Shown here one piece after another: positions 10,793 through 21,556 of a stretch of DNA of 64,000 nucleotides; position 1 is the first letter of the stretch, and each line of letters begins with the position of its first letter. Both the position numbers and the translations under genes were made by a program. Origin of the DNA: an uncultured Woeseiaceae bacterium. Lineage in GTDB: Bacteria > Pseudomonadota > Gammaproteobacteria > Steroidobacterales > Woeseiaceae. The stretch spans positions 37 through 64,036 of the forward strand of contig CAZHLE010000001.1 of NCBI GenBank assembly GCA_964533065.1. Direction: 5' to 3'. The notes beneath the pieces were generated by a model that made no database searches, had not been told where the DNA came from, and worked only from the letters and a program-made list of their open reading frames with translations.

Positions 10793-12157
10793 GTGGCGAA
10801 AGGGCCCCTACAAAATCCGGGTGATATAGCGCAGGCAGCGAGCAAACTGGGCGATCTCAAAGCGCGGTTCATGTTCCTCATTGGTGCGCTGATTGTTTTC
10901 CGCGCGGGTACCTATATTCCGGTACCGGGCGTTGATCCCGTTGCGCTGGCCGAGTTCTTTGAACAACAGGCCGGAAACCTGCTGGGTATGGTGAACCTGT
11001 TCTCCGGCGGCGCTTTGTCGCGCTTCGGTATTTTTGCCATGGGCATCATGCCGTACATTTCTTCGTCAATTATCATGCAGATGGCGAGCCATATCGTGCC
11101 GAGCCTGCAGCAGTTGCGTAAGGAAGGCGAGCAGGGACGCAGGCAAATCGTCAAGTACACACGCTATGGCACGGTGGTACTGGCCAGTTTTCAGTCCATA
11201 GCCGCCGCATCGTGGCTCCAGAATCAGGCTGGTCTTGTGGTGAACCCGGGCACCTCTTTCCTGGTCACTGCGATGATTACACTGGTCACGGGCACGGTCT
11301 TCCTGATGTGGCTGGGCGAACAGATTACCGAGCGCGGTATCGGTAATGGCATCTCGATGATTATTCTTGCCGGTATTGTTGCCGGGCTGCCTGCGGCAAT
11401 TGCCGGCACAGCCGAACTGGTGCGCAACGGTGAAATGTCGCCAGCGACGTCGATCATCATGCTGGTTGGCGCTGTAGCTGCGATCGTGTTTGTCGTTTAC
11501 ATGGAGCGCGCGCAGCGCCGCATTGCCGTAAATTACGCACGCCGTCAACAGGGCCGCAAAATGGTGCAGGCACAGAGCACGCACCTGCCGTTCAAGATCA
11601 ACATGTCCGGTGTAATTCCGCCGATATTCGCATCCAGCCTGTTAATGTTTCCGGCGACGATTGCCCAGTTTTTCGGCCAGGCATCGGCAGATCCGAGCTT
11701 TACTCAGCGCATGCTGCAAACGATTGGTGCGAATCTGGGCCCAGGACAACCAATCTACGTATTGCTGTACGCGGCACTCATAATATTTTTCTGCTTCTTC
11801 TATACCGCCCTGATGTTCAACTCGAAGGATACGGCGGACAACCTGAAGCGGTCGGGCGCGTTTGTCCCGGGCATTCGTCCCGGAGTACAGACTGCCGAAT
11901 ACATTGACAAGGTACTGACCCGATTGACGTTCTGGGGTGCGATCTATATTGCCGGCGTTTGTCTGCTGCCGGAATTAGTACGCATGTTCTACCCCAGCAT
12001 GCCGTTCAGCTTCGGTGGCACATCCTTGCTCATTCTCGTCGTCGTTACGATGGACTTCATGTCGCAGTTGCAAGCGCATGCGATGAGCCAGCAATACGAG
12101 GGCATGATGCAGAAAGCCAATCTGCGCAACTACGGCAAAGGTGGCCAGTTACGCTGA
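10793..12157 (+). CDS. secY: Preprotein translocase subunit SecY
   Basis: Near-colinear with SecY ([39 protein letters not shown]); GTG start. Confidence 0.98.
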   Translation: MAKGPLQNPGDIAQAASKLGDLKARFMFLIGALIVFRAGTYIPVPGVDPVALAEFFEQQAGNLLGMVNLFSGGALSRFGIFAMGIMPYISSSIIMQMASHIVPSLQQLRKEGEQGRRQIVKYTRYGTVVLASFQSIAAASWLQNQAGLVVNPGTSFLVTAMITLVTGTVFLMWLGEQITERGIGNGISMIILAGIVAGLPAAIAGTAELVRNGEMSPATSIIMLVGAVAAIVFVVYMERAQRRIAVNYARRQQGRKMVQAQSTHLPFKINMSGVIPPIFASSLLMFPATIAQFFGQASADPSFTQRMLQTIGANLGPGQPIYVLLYAALIIFFCFFYTALMFNSKDTADNLKRSGAFVPGIRPGVQTAEYIDKVLTRLTFWGAIYIAGVCLLPELVRMFYPSMPFSFGGTSLLILVVVTMDFMSQLQAHAMSQQYEGMMQKANLRNYGKGGQLR

Positions 12158-12185
12158 TTGGTTCAGCGGGTTACGGAGCAAGCTC

Positions 12186-12299
12186 ATGAAAGTAAGAGCA
12201 TCAGTTAGAAAGATCTGCAGAAATTGCAAAATTATCCGTCGCAAAAGAGTTGTACGGGTGATCTGTACTGACGCGCGCCACAAGCAGCGTCAGGGTTAA
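12186..12299 (+). CDS. rpmJ: 50S ribosomal protein L36
   Basis: Not in the ORF track (37 aa). Hand translation gives [37 protein letters not shown], the zinc-ribbon type; conserved position after secY. Confidence 0.95.
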   Translation: MKVRASVRKICRNCKIIRRKRVVRVICTDARHKQRQG

Positions 12300-12346
12300 T
12301 CAGCAAGGGTGTCGTAGGGCGCCGGGTTCGAATCGAGGAATTATCA

Positions 12347-12703
12347 GTGGCACGTATAGCAGGTATAAACATTCCGTTGAACAAGCACGTCGTAATCGGC
12401 TTGACGTCGATCTATGGCATCGGTCGCTCTCGCGCAAAGAAAATTTGTGCAGCGGCTGGCGTTGCTCCGGAGACCAAGGTCAAGGATCTCGCAGAACCTG
12501 AAGTAGCGAATCTGCGAACAGAGATCGCGAAGCTTGAAGTCGAAGGTGATTTGCGACGCGAGATCTCCATGAATATCAAGCGCCTTATGGATCTTGGTAC
12601 GTATCGCGGTATCCGACATCGTCGTGGATTGCCGCTGCGCGGACAACGCACGCGTACCAATGCACGTACGCGCAAAGGTCCGCGACGTCCGATCAAGCGG
12701 TAA
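12347..12703 (+). CDS. rpsM: 30S ribosomal protein S13
   Basis: [10 protein letters not shown]... is canonical S13; GTG start. Confidence 0.97.
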   Translation: MARIAGINIPLNKHVVIGLTSIYGIGRSRAKKICAAAGVAPETKVKDLAEPEVANLRTEIAKLEVEGDLRREISMNIKRLMDLGTYRGIRHRRGLPLRGQRTRTNARTRKGPRRPIKR

Positions 12704-12769
12704 TTTTCGAATCGCCGGCTTGGACGCCCTCCACGGATAGCAGCCGGAAAACCAAGAGACTGAGTAAAT

Positions 12770-13150
12770 ATGGCAGAAGTAAAGAAAAAGAAGGTCAAAA
12801 AGCACGTAGTTGATGCGATTGCGCACATTCATGCTTCTTTCAACAACACGATCATCACGATCACGGACCGGCAGGGCAATGCGCTCTCGTGGGCAACCTC
12901 GGGTGGCTGTGGATTTCGAGGTTCCCGTAAGTCGACGCCGTTTGCGGCACAGGTAGCTTCCGAGAAGGCGGGTCGTGTTGCGCTTGATTTCGGGGTGAAA
13001 AACCTGGACGTACGCGTGCTTGGGCCGGGCCCGGGTCGCGAGTCTGCCGTGCGAGCTTTGAACGCACTGGGATTTCGTATTCAAAACATCGAGGACGTAA
13101 CACCAATTCCTCACAACGGCTGTCGCCCGTCTAAAAAGCGGCGGGTATAG
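12770..13150 (+). CDS. rpsK: 30S ribosomal protein S11
   Basis: S11-like ([24 protein letters not shown]...). Confidence 0.97.
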   Translation: MAEVKKKKVKKHVVDAIAHIHASFNNTIITITDRQGNALSWATSGGCGFRGSRKSTPFAAQVASEKAGRVALDFGVKNLDVRVLGPGPGRESAVRALNALGFRIQNIEDVTPIPHNGCRPSKKRRV

Positions 13151-13161
13151 AGGCTTAAGTA

Positions 13162-13782
13162 ATGGCAAGATATTTAGGACCAAAGTGCAAACTGTCGCGC
13201 CGCGAAGGCACGGATCTGTTTCTAAAGAGCGGCGTCAGGCCGCTGGAGTCGAAATGCAAGCTGGAGATTCCGCCTGGCGGTGCTCGTGAGCGTCGTCCAC
13301 GGCTGTCGGATTACGGCGTCCAGTTGCGTGAGAAGCAGAAGCTGCGCCGCATGTACGGTGTACTTGAGCGCCAGTTCAGTGGTTACTACAAGCGTGCCGC
13401 GCAGTTGAAAGGCTCAACGGGTGACAACCTGCTGCGATTGCTCGAAGGGCGCCTCGACAATGTTGTTTATCGGATGGGTTTCGCCGTTACCCGGGCCGAG
13501 GCGCGTCAACTCGTCAGCCATAAAAGCGTCGAGATTAACGGCAAGATCGTAAATATTCCGTCTGCCCAGGTTAAGGCAGGCGATTCAATCGGCATTCGTG
13601 AAAAGGCCCGCAAGCAACTTCGCATTCAAAATGCGCTGGAAATTGCTGGTCAGGTCGGCCTACCCGATTGGGTGGACGTCGACGCGAAGAAGATGGCGGG
13701 CATACTCAAGTCGTTGCCTGATCGGGAAGATATTCTGCCCGATATCAACGAAAACCTCGTCGTCGAGCTGTACTCCAAGTAG
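13162..13782 (+). CDS. rpsD: 30S ribosomal protein S4
   Basis: [23 protein letters not shown]... is canonical S4. Confidence 0.98.
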   Translation: MARYLGPKCKLSRREGTDLFLKSGVRPLESKCKLEIPPGGARERRPRLSDYGVQLREKQKLRRMYGVLERQFSGYYKRAAQLKGSTGDNLLRLLEGRLDNVVYRMGFAVTRAEARQLVSHKSVEINGKIVNIPSAQVKAGDSIGIREKARKQLRIQNALEIAGQVGLPDWVDVDAKKMAGILKSLPDREDILPDINENLVVELYSK

Positions 13783-13800
13783 TCAGGAAGGAATTTACTC

Positions 13801-14802
13801 ATGCACGAATCTGTACACGAATTTCTGAAACCGCGCGTCGTAAAAGTAACGCCGGTTACCGATCATCTGGCCAAGGTGGTCATTGAGCCGTTCGAGCGTG
13901 GTTTTGGTCATACGCTTGGCAATGCCTTGCGCCGAATTCTGTTGTCATCGATGCCTGGTGCCGCGATCACTGAGGCGGAGATTGAAGGTGTGCTGCACGA
14001 ATACACCAGCATTGAAGGTGTACAGGAAGACGTCGTAGACATCCTGCTGAACCTCAAGCAAGTGGCCGTACGCATGCATTCCCGCGATTCGGTTGAGCTG
14101 CGCCTTTCGAAGAAAGGGCCTGGTACGGTGACCGCTGCCGATATTCGACTCGACCACGACGTCGAAATCATGAATCCGGAGCTTGTTATCGCCAACCTGA
14201 CCAAGATTGGTGAGCTGAACATGATCCTCAAGGTTGAGCGGGGTCGCGGCTATCGCGCAGCAACCCAGCGGCCGACTTTTGAAGAGCAGACGGGTCCTAT
14301 CGGGCGTTTGCAGCTGGACGCATCTTTCAGTCCCGTACAGCGTGTGACCTATAACGTGGAAGCGGCTCGTGTCGAGCAGCGCACCGACCTCGACAAGCTG
14401 ATCATCGATATCGAAACAAACGGTACGATCGATCCTGAAGAGGCTATCCGACGTGCCGGCAGTATTCTCAAAGACCAGTTGTCGGTATTCGTCGATCTGC
14501 AGGGCCAGGAAGATGGCATGCAGGCGCAGGCCGAAAGCCAGGTTGACCCGATTCTGCTGCGACCGGTTGATGAGCTCGAACTTACGGTACGTTCGGCGAA
14601 TTGCCTCAAGGCCGAGAACATCATGTATATCGGTGATCTCGTGCAACGCACCGAGGTTGAGTTGCTGCGGACGCCAAACCTTGGCAAGAAGTCGCTGACT
14701 GAAATCAAGGAAGTCCTCGAAGGGCATGGCCTCGGCCTGGGCATGCGCCTCGAGAACTGGCCGCCTGCAAGCCTGCGGCCGGAACACGAGTTAGGCCTCT
14801 AA
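13801..14802 (+). CDS. rpoA: DNA-directed RNA polymerase subunit alpha
   Basis: RpoA-like throughout ([16 protein letters not shown]-terminal domain [13 protein letters not shown]). Confidence 0.98.
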   Translation: MHESVHEFLKPRVVKVTPVTDHLAKVVIEPFERGFGHTLGNALRRILLSSMPGAAITEAEIEGVLHEYTSIEGVQEDVVDILLNLKQVAVRMHSRDSVELRLSKKGPGTVTAADIRLDHDVEIMNPELVIANLTKIGELNMILKVERGRGYRAATQRPTFEEQTGPIGRLQLDASFSPVQRVTYNVEAARVEQRTDLDKLIIDIETNGTIDPEEAIRRAGSILKDQLSVFVDLQGQEDGMQAQAESQVDPILLRPVDELELTVRSANCLKAENIMYIGDLVQRTEVELLRTPNLGKKSLTEIKEVLEGHGLGLGMRLENWPPASLRPEHELGL

Positions 14803-14809
14803 AAACACA

Positions 14810-14876
14810 GGGGTCAGAGCCCTTTTTTTCCCAAATACGGCGCAACCATATTTGGGAAAAAAAGGGCTCTGACCCC
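14810..14876. repeat. Palindromic element, copy 2: perfect 28-bp stem with 11-nt loop, in the rpoA-rplQ spacer
   Basis: GGGGTCAGAGCCCTTTTTTTCCCAAATA-cggcgcaacca-TATTTGGGAAAAAAAGGGCTCTGACCCC, counted by hand; shares its core with 1162-1199 and 35764-35826. Confidence 0.9.
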
Positions 14877-14897
14877 GATTGAACAAGGGTAAGAAAA

Positions 14898-15281
14898 ATG
14901 CGCCATAGAAATTCCGGCCGCCGTCTGGGCCGCAACAGCTCACATCGCAAAGCCATGTATCGAAACATGGCCGCGTCGATACTGAGGCACGAAACGATCC
15001 GGACCACGCTGCCGAAGGCCAAAGAACTGCGCCGCGTCGTCGAGCCGTTGATTACGCTGGCTAAAGTGGACAGTGTTGCGAACCGTCGCCTGGCGTTCGA
15101 TCGGCTGCGCGACAAGGAAGTCGTCGGCAAATTGTTTACGGATCTCGGGCCGCGCTTCAAGGCACGTCCGGGCGGGTACCTGCGCATCCTGAAAACCGGT
15201 CCGCGCCCAGGTGATGCCGCGCCGATGGCGATCATCATGCTGACCGACAAAGCCGCCATCGTGGAAAGCGCCGAAGCCTAG
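14898..15281 (+). CDS. rplQ: 50S ribosomal protein L17
   Basis: [20 protein letters not shown]... is canonical L17. Confidence 0.98.
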   Translation: MRHRNSGRRLGRNSSHRKAMYRNMAASILRHETIRTTLPKAKELRRVVEPLITLAKVDSVANRRLAFDRLRDKEVVGKLFTDLGPRFKARPGGYLRILKTGPRPGDAAPMAIIMLTDKAAIVESAEA

Positions 15282-15441
15282 CTGTTCGCGCCGGTTTGCA
15301 CGCAGGAATAGCGGCTAACTGGCTGAAAGATTGAAAGAAAGCCAAAATCGTATCTTGTGAGCATAGTCACAGCATCATTGGCCGTGGCGCACTAGGCTGA
15401 AACTTGGGAATTGCCGGGGCCCCGCCATTAGCAGAGATAAG

Positions 15442-15675
15442 TCATTTGATGATTGCGTCATCCTGTCGAAGGAAGCCTTCGACCCGGACGCGGTTTTCCT
15501 TGAAGACATCGTTGATGACGGAGTCCTGCCCTACCTGAGTCTCGAAGTAGACGGCCTGACGGCCGCCAACGAGAGCCGGAAAGGCAAGTACGAGTTGCGC
15601 CCTGAGGACGCGGCAGCCTTCGCCAAGCGACGACCCGATACAACCATGCCAGTCGTCGCCCTCGATCCCGAGCAC
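15442..15675 (-). CDS. Hypothetical protein (77 aa, GTG start); may be a gene remnant
   Basis: It is the only ORF in a 470-bp gap; no motif recognised; the reading frame stays open ~25 codons upstream of the start without any start codon. Confidence 0.25.
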   Translation of the reverse strand: MLGIEGDDWHGCIGSSLGEGCRVLRAQLVLAFPALVGGRQAVYFETQVGQDSVINDVFKENRVRVEGFLRQDDAIIK

Positions 15676-15752
15676 CTTGACGTGTATGGCTGGGAACCCT
15701 CGCTGTGGAAGAAAATAAAGGGTTACTTCGGCTTCTAAGTTAAGATCGCCTC

Positions 15753-16565
15753 GTGATCTTTAAAGACAAGACCGTCATTATTACCGGTGGCTCGGAGGGC
15801 GTTGGCGCAGCAACGGCAAGGTTGTTTGCGGAGGCCGGCGCAAACCTCATGCTGGTGGCGCGCAGCAAGAAGAACCTCGAAGCTATTGCTGCGGAGCTGC
15901 GCGATAAGACCACTGTCAAGAGTTTCGCCATGGATGTGACCGACGCCAATGCCTGCGTCGATCTGTTCAAGAAAGCGAATTTTGAATTCGGTCGGGTCGA
16001 TATTCTCATCAACAACGCCGGCTACCACGCGCGCGGCGCGTTCGAATCGGTGGCTGCCGACGACCTGACAAAAATTGTTAACGTCAACCTGACGGCACCC
16101 ATTTTCTTGACGCGGACAGCCTTGCCTTACCTGTTCGAGGCGGGTGGTGGTGTCATTATCAATGTCGGCTCGCTCGCGGGACGAACGCCGGTGCCAAACA
16201 GTGCTGCCTATGCGGCGAGCAAGGCGGGATTGCGATCACTGACCTACTCGCTGGCAGAAGAATTGGCCGGCAAGAATATCAAGCTTGCGATTGTGTCGCC
16301 GGGACCAATCGATACCGGCTTCATCATGGCCAATATTGACAACACCTCGGATCTCACTTTTTCGCAACCCATGAGCACTGCGGAAGAAGTCGCGCAGGTC
16401 ATCCTTGATCTTTGCGGCAATAATCAGCGTGAAGTAGCGATGCCCTGGATCAGCGGCGTACTGACGACAGTAAGCTACCTGATGCCACGGTTGGCGAGGG
16501 CGATGCGACCGATGCTTGAGCGTCGCGGCGCCAACGTCAAGGCACGCCTCAGGCGGCAGCGCTGA
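15753..16565 (+). CDS. Short-chain dehydrogenase/reductase (SDR) family oxidoreductase
   Basis: TGGSEGVG cofactor motif, NNAG, and YAASK catalytic motif. Confidence 0.9.
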   Translation: MIFKDKTVIITGGSEGVGAATARLFAEAGANLMLVARSKKNLEAIAAELRDKTTVKSFAMDVTDANACVDLFKKANFEFGRVDILINNAGYHARGAFESVAADDLTKIVNVNLTAPIFLTRTALPYLFEAGGGVIINVGSLAGRTPVPNSAAYAASKAGLRSLTYSLAEELAGKNIKLAIVSPGPIDTGFIMANIDNTSDLTFSQPMSTAEEVAQVILDLCGNNQREVAMPWISGVLTTVSYLMPRLARAMRPMLERRGANVKARLRRQR

Positions 16566-17922
16566 ACGCGTCGCGCGTCAGATTTTCGCTGCCGTCGGCC
16601 AACACGCGAACATTGTCCTCGATACGAATGCCGCCGAAAGGTCGTAACCACTCGACACCGTCCCAGAGAACAAGGTTCTCAGCCGGACTGTTGCGCAGTT
16701 TGTCGAGCAACATGTCGATGGCGTAAAGGCCTGGCTCGATGGTCAGGGTCATGTTCTCTTCAAGAACCCGGGTCAGTCGCAGGTACGGATGACCGCTGGG
16801 CGGATCAATAATCGCCCCGGATTCGCCCTGCATGTGACCACCCACGTCGTGTACCTGGATACCGAGCAAATGCCCGAGGCCATGTGGCAGAAAGGCTGTC
16901 GTGACACCGGTCTCGATCAGGGACTCGGCACTACCGCTGGCGAGTTTTGCCTCCACGAGCACTGCGCTCAGCAGGCGATGGGTCTCCATATGTAGTTCGA
17001 CATAGTCGACGCCGGCCCGGACCCGCTGCACTATCTTAAGTTGCAGGTCGTCCATGCGCGCGATCAATTCGGCAAAACGCGTATCGTCGCGCGCATAGGT
17101 GCGGGTGATATCGGCGGCGTAACCATGGACTTGCGCTCCCGCATCAATCAGTAACGAGCGTAAGCGGCGGGGCGGCTGGCGATCGAGATGGGTGTAGTGC
17201 AGCACCGCACTGTGTTCATTCAGGGCGATAATATTGCCGTACGGCAACTCATTGTCGGTATGTGACACCGCATGGCAATAGGCGCGGTGAATGTCCAATT
17301 CGGCCTTGCCGTCGCGGAATGCGTCGGCCGCCGCAAGGTGACCACCTACGGCACGCCGTGTCGACAGGCGCATGCAGGCGAGTTCGTACTCGGTCTTGAT
17401 GCCCCGACCATAGTGCAGAATGTTGAGAGCGCTACTCGGGTTGACGCGATCGATGTCGAAGGCATGTGCCGGGTCATTGATCTCGCCAATCAGAATGCAG
17501 CACTGCCGATCGCCGGGCAGGTGTGCGGCGACCTCGTCGATACTGTGCACGATCCGGATGTCGAACTGCCCGCTCCAATAGCCGTCGGGCTCTCCTGGGA
17601 CCACATGCCAGTAATCTCGCGGCTGGTAATAGATCAGGCGCGGGACTTCGCCGGGCGTATAGACGATGTAGGACAAGGGCAAATCGAGCAGCGGTACCCA
17701 GCTGACAAAATGTGCGTTTGGCTTGAATGCATAGGCCATGTCATCGAGGAACACATACCGCGAACTGCCGGAAAAAATGACCGCGTGGCTCGCGCCGGCT
17801 GTGTCCAGCGCATGGTCGTGGCGCCGCTTCAGCGTGTCGAGGTGTGCCGGGTATAGCCGGCCGAGTTCTGTGTTTTGATCTGAATAATCGTCGTTCATCG
17901 CCACGATCATACCGTGTTTCAT
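16549..17922 (-). CDS. pepQ: Xaa-Pro dipeptidase (prolidase)
   Basis: Colinear with E. coli PepQ as I recall it (KTEYELACMR, ALNEHSAVLHYT, GYAADITRTY, HGLGHLLGIQVHD, FGGIRIEDNV); the start may instead be the in-frame ATG at 17910 or 17898. Confidence 0.9.
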   Translation of the reverse strand: MKHGMIVAMNDDYSDQNTELGRLYPAHLDTLKRRHDHALDTAGASHAVIFSGSSRYVFLDDMAYAFKPNAHFVSWVPLLDLPLSYIVYTPGEVPRLIYYQPRDYWHVVPGEPDGYWSGQFDIRIVHSIDEVAAHLPGDRQCCILIGEINDPAHAFDIDRVNPSSALNILHYGRGIKTEYELACMRLSTRRAVGGHLAAADAFRDGKAELDIHRAYCHAVSHTDNELPYGNIIALNEHSAVLHYTHLDRQPPRRLRSLLIDAGAQVHGYAADITRTYARDDTRFAELIARMDDLQLKIVQRVRAGVDYVELHMETHRLLSAVLVEAKLASGSAESLIETGVTTAFLPHGLGHLLGIQVHDVGGHMQGESGAIIDPPSGHPYLRLTRVLEENMTLTIEPGLYAIDMLLDKLRNSPAENLVLWDGVEWLRPFGGIRIEDNVRVLADGSENLTRDAFSAAA

Positions 17923-17951
17923 TCGTCGGGCAATCTAGGCATTATTGCCGC

Positions 17952-18962
17952 ATGACGAAGGACACCTGGTTGACCGGCATAACAACAACGGGTACACCGC
18001 ATATCGGCAACTATGTCGGCGCGATTCGGCCCGGCATCGCGGCCAGCAAGGACCGGGCAACGCGGCATTTCTATTTTCTCGCCGACTATCATTCGCTGGC
18101 AAAGAATGAAGACCCCGACAAAATCAGTCGCTCAACACTCGAGATCGCGGCAGCCTGGCTGGCACTCGGGCTGGATACCGGGCATGCGTATTTCTATCGC
18201 CAGTCGGATATTCCGGAAATACCTGAACTGACCTGGATCCTGACCGGCATGACGGCCAAGGGTCTGATGAATCGGGCGCATTCCTACAAGGCCGCGGTAC
18301 AGGCGAATGTCGATAGCGGCAGCCAGGATCCGGACAAGGGCATCACGATGGCGCTGTACAGTTACCCGATCCTGATGGCTGCCGACATCCTGATGTTCAG
18401 TTCGAACAAGGTCCCGGTGGGCCAGGACCAGAAACAGCATGTCGAGATGGCGCGCGATATTGCACAACGCTTCAATCATCACTACGGCGAAACGTTTGTC
18501 CTGCCCGAGGCCGTCATCGGCGAGGACACGGCGGTACTCAAGGGCCTGGATGGCCGCAAGATGTCCAAGAGCTACAACAACACGATTCCTCTGTTTGCTG
18601 ACGAGAAACAGTTGCGCAAGATGATCATGAAAATCAAGACCAACAGTCTTGAGCCGGGCGAACCGAAGGATCCGGCTGACAGCACCCTGTACGACATCTA
18701 CAGGGCATTCGCGACGTCTGCCGAAACGCGCGTCGTAGAGCAGAAATATGCAGCGGGTATCGGCTGGGGTGAGATGAAGCAGATGCTGTTCGAGCACCTT
18801 AATGAGCATCTCCGGCCGGCACGTGCCGAATACGCAAGGCTATTGGCCGATCCTGCCATTGTCGAACGGGAACTCGTCAAGGGCGCAAATCGGGCACGCG
18901 AGATTGCCGCGCCATTCCTTGACAAAATTCGTGCTGCAATCGGTATTCGAAAACTCGGATGA
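17952..18962 (+). CDS. trpS: Tryptophan--tRNA ligase
   Basis: Class I motifs TPHIGN (HIGH-like) and KMSKS, GQDQKQH; internal ATG of track ORF 17844..18962. Confidence 0.85.
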   Translation: MTKDTWLTGITTTGTPHIGNYVGAIRPGIAASKDRATRHFYFLADYHSLAKNEDPDKISRSTLEIAAAWLALGLDTGHAYFYRQSDIPEIPELTWILTGMTAKGLMNRAHSYKAAVQANVDSGSQDPDKGITMALYSYPILMAADILMFSSNKVPVGQDQKQHVEMARDIAQRFNHHYGETFVLPEAVIGEDTAVLKGLDGRKMSKSYNNTIPLFADEKQLRKMIMKIKTNSLEPGEPKDPADSTLYDIYRAFATSAETRVVEQKYAAGIGWGEMKQMLFEHLNEHLRPARAEYARLLADPAIVERELVKGANRAREIAAPFLDKIRAAIGIRKLG

Positions 18963-18985
18963 TGGGGCAGCTCTGCTGAATCGAA

Positions 18986-19450
18986 TTGGCATTGCACCTG
19001 GCACAATCGAACGTGGCAAGAATGCGCGGCGCTATGGATGACCCGGTCATGGCCGGTTTTGTAGAGCGCCTCGAGTCGCTGAACGCACTTGCCGATGCCA
19101 GCCCTGGATTCGTGTGGCGCTACCAGACCGATGCCGGCGATGCCACGGAAGTGCGCGTGTTCGAGGACGAACTGATTCTTTTTAACATGTCGGTCTGGGT
19201 GTCCATAGAGCACCTCGAAGCCTATGTGTATCGCAGTAATCATGTCGAAGCGCTGCAACAACGTGCCAGCTGGTTTGAGCAGCCCGCCCGATCACCGCTG
19301 GTCATGTGGTGGATTGCGGCGGGACATATACCCTCGGTCGAGGAAGCCAAACAGCGATTCGATGTACTCTGGCGCGATGGTCCAAGCGCCTATGCCTTTA
19401 CTTTTCGGGAGCGATTTGTAGCCACCGAAGCGACGGTTGTGGCGCGGTGA
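18986..19450 (+). CDS. DUF3291 domain-containing protein
   Basis: HLAQSNVARM...SPGFVWRYQ pattern recalled for DUF3291; not verified by search. Confidence 0.6.
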   Translation: MALHLAQSNVARMRGAMDDPVMAGFVERLESLNALADASPGFVWRYQTDAGDATEVRVFEDELILFNMSVWVSIEHLEAYVYRSNHVEALQQRASWFEQPARSPLVMWWIAAGHIPSVEEAKQRFDVLWRDGPSAYAFTFRERFVATEATVVAR

Positions 19451-19973
19451 GCCCTTGGATTTTGAGCTAAGAACCCCCAGGCTTAATATGCGCAGGATAA
19501 CGCTGGCCGACGCGCCGCTGATGTTGGCCGTGTGGAACGATCCGGCCTTTATTGAGCACGTGGGAGACCGGGGGATTCGTAGCATCGAACAGGCGCACGA
19601 GGTGTTGCGACAGGGCGCATTCAAACTTTATGAGCAGTATGGTTATGGGCCGTACCGAATCGCACTGGCAGAGGATGATATCGAGATCGGTGTTTGCGGG
19701 CTGTTTCGGCGCGAAGGATTCGATGAACCGGACATTGGCTATAGCGTGCTGCCAGCCTTTTGTGGCCGCGGCTATGCATTCGAGGCGGCGAGCGCGATAC
19801 TTGAGTATGCCCGCGAGACGCTCGGCCTGGCGCGGGTTACGGCGTTCACATCGCCTGGCAACGCGGCCTCCATTGGTCTTGCCGGGAAGCTTGGTCTACG
19901 CTATGAACATATGGCGCGGCTGCCGGCAGAAAACACCGATGTCGCACTGTACGGCGTGATATTGCAATCCTGA
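19437..19973 (+). CDS. GNAT family N-acetyltransferase (RimJ/RimL-like)
   Basis: LRTPRL..R N-terminal pattern and CGRGYAFEA acetyl-CoA-binding-type motif; TTG start is uncertain. Confidence 0.8.
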   Translation: MWRGEPLDFELRTPRLNMRRITLADAPLMLAVWNDPAFIEHVGDRGIRSIEQAHEVLRQGAFKLYEQYGYGPYRIALAEDDIEIGVCGLFRREGFDEPDIGYSVLPAFCGRGYAFEAASAILEYARETLGLARVTAFTSPGNAASIGLAGKLGLRYEHMARLPAENTDVALYGVILQS

Positions 19974-19982
19974 GGACGGCGC

Positions 19983-20396
19983 ATGGCACAGCGGAAGTTC
20001 AAATCGAAGATTGATCTCTGGATCCGCTTGTTGCTGATCAGTCTGGTCGTGATTGAAATTGCTATCGTGGTGCAAGCGGCCATGCGACCGGGCGATCCTG
20101 CTGCCACCACTATCATCATTCTCTCCTGCATTGGCGCCGCCGTTCTGTTGGTTGCCTTGTTGTTGTGCACTTATTACACGGTCGACAAAGGGACCTTGCG
20201 GATCGTATCCGGACCGTTCCGCTGGAGCATAGCGGTTGATCAGATCAGTTCCGTTACGCCCACACGCAGTCCCTTGTCTTCACCCGCGTTGTCGCTGGAT
20301 CGATTACTGATCCGCTACGGCAAGGGACGCAGAATAATGGTCTCGCCCGCGAATAAGCACGAATTTCTGCGCGCCATTGGACATGACGGTGAGTAA
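19983..20396 (+). CDS. Membrane protein with bacterial PH (bPH)-like domain
   Basis: Two N-terminal TM helices followed by the SPLSSPALSLDRLLIRY motif recalled from bPH proteins. Confidence 0.55.
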   Translation: MAQRKFKSKIDLWIRLLLISLVVIEIAIVVQAAMRPGDPAATTIIILSCIGAAVLLVALLLCTYYTVDKGTLRIVSGPFRWSIAVDQISSVTPTRSPLSSPALSLDRLLIRYGKGRRIMVSPANKHEFLRAIGHDGE

Positions 20397-20871
20397 CGAT
20401 ATACACGAGGGTGGTTGCCTCTGCGGCTCCGTGCGCTTCCAGCTACTCGGTGCGCCGATGATCGTGCATGCGTGTCACTGCACGCTCTGCCAACGCCGTA
20501 CCGGCAGCGCATTCGCCGTCAATCTCTGGATAGAAGCTGACAACATCCGTTTGCTGCACGGCGACCTGGAGCCAAGAACTGCGCCGGGTGTCAGGCTGGA
20601 TGCCCCGTCCGAATCGTGGTTTTGTCCGAGTTGTGGCACCTGCCTCTGGTCACGATTCAACGCCAGCCCCGCAGACTCTCGGTTTGTGCGCGCCGGTACA
20701 CTCGACAACCCGGCCGCCTTCGCTCCCGATGTGCACATCTTCACGTCGACGAAACAGCCCTGGGTCACGATTCCCGACGACGTGCCCGCGTTCGAAGGTT
20801 CTTATGACCTGAAATCCACGTGGTCCGAGCCGAGCCGCAAACGCCTGCGTGTGTTGATGAGCAGCAGTTGA
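20377..20871 (+). CDS. GFA family (CENP-V / glutathione-dependent formaldehyde-activating-like) protein
   Basis: GGCLCGSVRF...CHCTLCQRRTGSAF...CPSCGT cysteine pattern. Confidence 0.85.
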   Translation: MDMTVSNDIHEGGCLCGSVRFQLLGAPMIVHACHCTLCQRRTGSAFAVNLWIEADNIRLLHGDLEPRTAPGVRLDAPSESWFCPSCGTCLWSRFNASPADSRFVRAGTLDNPAAFAPDVHIFTSTKQPWVTIPDDVPAFEGSYDLKSTWSEPSRKRLRVLMSSS

Positions 20872-20930
20872 AAAAATCATGCCGTATTCGGGATACGGCG
20901 CTGTCAGAATAAGAAAAACGGAGTACCACG

Positions 20931-21554
20931 ATGCATGAACTGATTGATCATCCCTGCGTTCAGCACAAGCTCGCGATCATTCGCGACATTGATACCGGGC
21001 ATAAGAAATTTCGCGAGCTTGCCACCGAGATCACCAAGTTCATTTGCTACGAGGCCTTGAAAAACATCCCCATGAAGCGTGTCAAGGTGCAGACCCCGGT
21101 TGCCGAAGCATTCTGTAAGAAAATCGATACCGACCTCGTCGTCGTACCGATTCTGCGTGCCGGCGTCGGCATGCTGGAAGGTATCCTTGAACTGGTGCCG
21201 ACCGCCCGGGTTGGATTTATCGGTCTGTATCGGGACGAGGTGAGCAAGAAACCGGTGAGCTATTACCAGCGTTTGCCGGCAGAAACCAGGGGCGGTACCT
21301 GTATCATTATTGATCCGATGCTGGCGACCGGCGGATCAACGGTGGCAGCGATCGATCTGTTGAAGTCAAAGGGAGCTGGCAAGATAGTGGTCGTTTGTAT
21401 TGTTACCTGCCCCGAGGGGCTGCAGGTGGTCGAGGAAAAGCATCCGGACGTGCCGATTTATGCTGCTGCCATCGATGATCACCTCAATGAAGACAAGTAC
21501 ATCGTGCCCGGGCTGGGCGATGCCGGCGACCGGCTGTTCGGGACCTCGCACTAG
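20931..21554 (+). CDS. upp: Uracil phosphoribosyltransferase
   Basis: ILRAG, IIIDPMLATGGS PRPP motif, YIVPGLGDAGDRLFGT C-terminus. Confidence 0.95.
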   Translation: MHELIDHPCVQHKLAIIRDIDTGHKKFRELATEITKFICYEALKNIPMKRVKVQTPVAEAFCKKIDTDLVVVPILRAGVGMLEGILELVPTARVGFIGLYRDEVSKKPVSYYQRLPAETRGGTCIIIDPMLATGGSTVAAIDLLKSKGAGKIVVVCIVTCPEGLQVVEEKHPDVPIYAAAIDDHLNEDKYIVPGLGDAGDRLFGTSH

Positions 21555-21556
21555 CC

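Noticed and set aside
12325-12334. tRNA T-loop-like GGTTCGAATC upstream of rpsM
   Set aside because: The flanking bases cannot form a T-stem (CCGGG versus CGAGG), and there are no acceptor or anticodon arms. It sits in the rpmJ-rpsM spacer.
12344-13183. 279-aa ORF antisense to rpsM and rpsK
   Set aside because: It is opposite two canonical ribosomal protein genes and crosses their intergenic spacer; its composition is atypical. It is an artefact of an open antisense frame.
20881-20899. Hairpin GCCGTAT-tcggg-ATACGGC between the GFA gene and upp as a terminator or pyrimidine attenuator
   Set aside because: It has only a 7-bp stem, no following U-tract and no leader-peptide or U-run features, so it is too weak to annotate.
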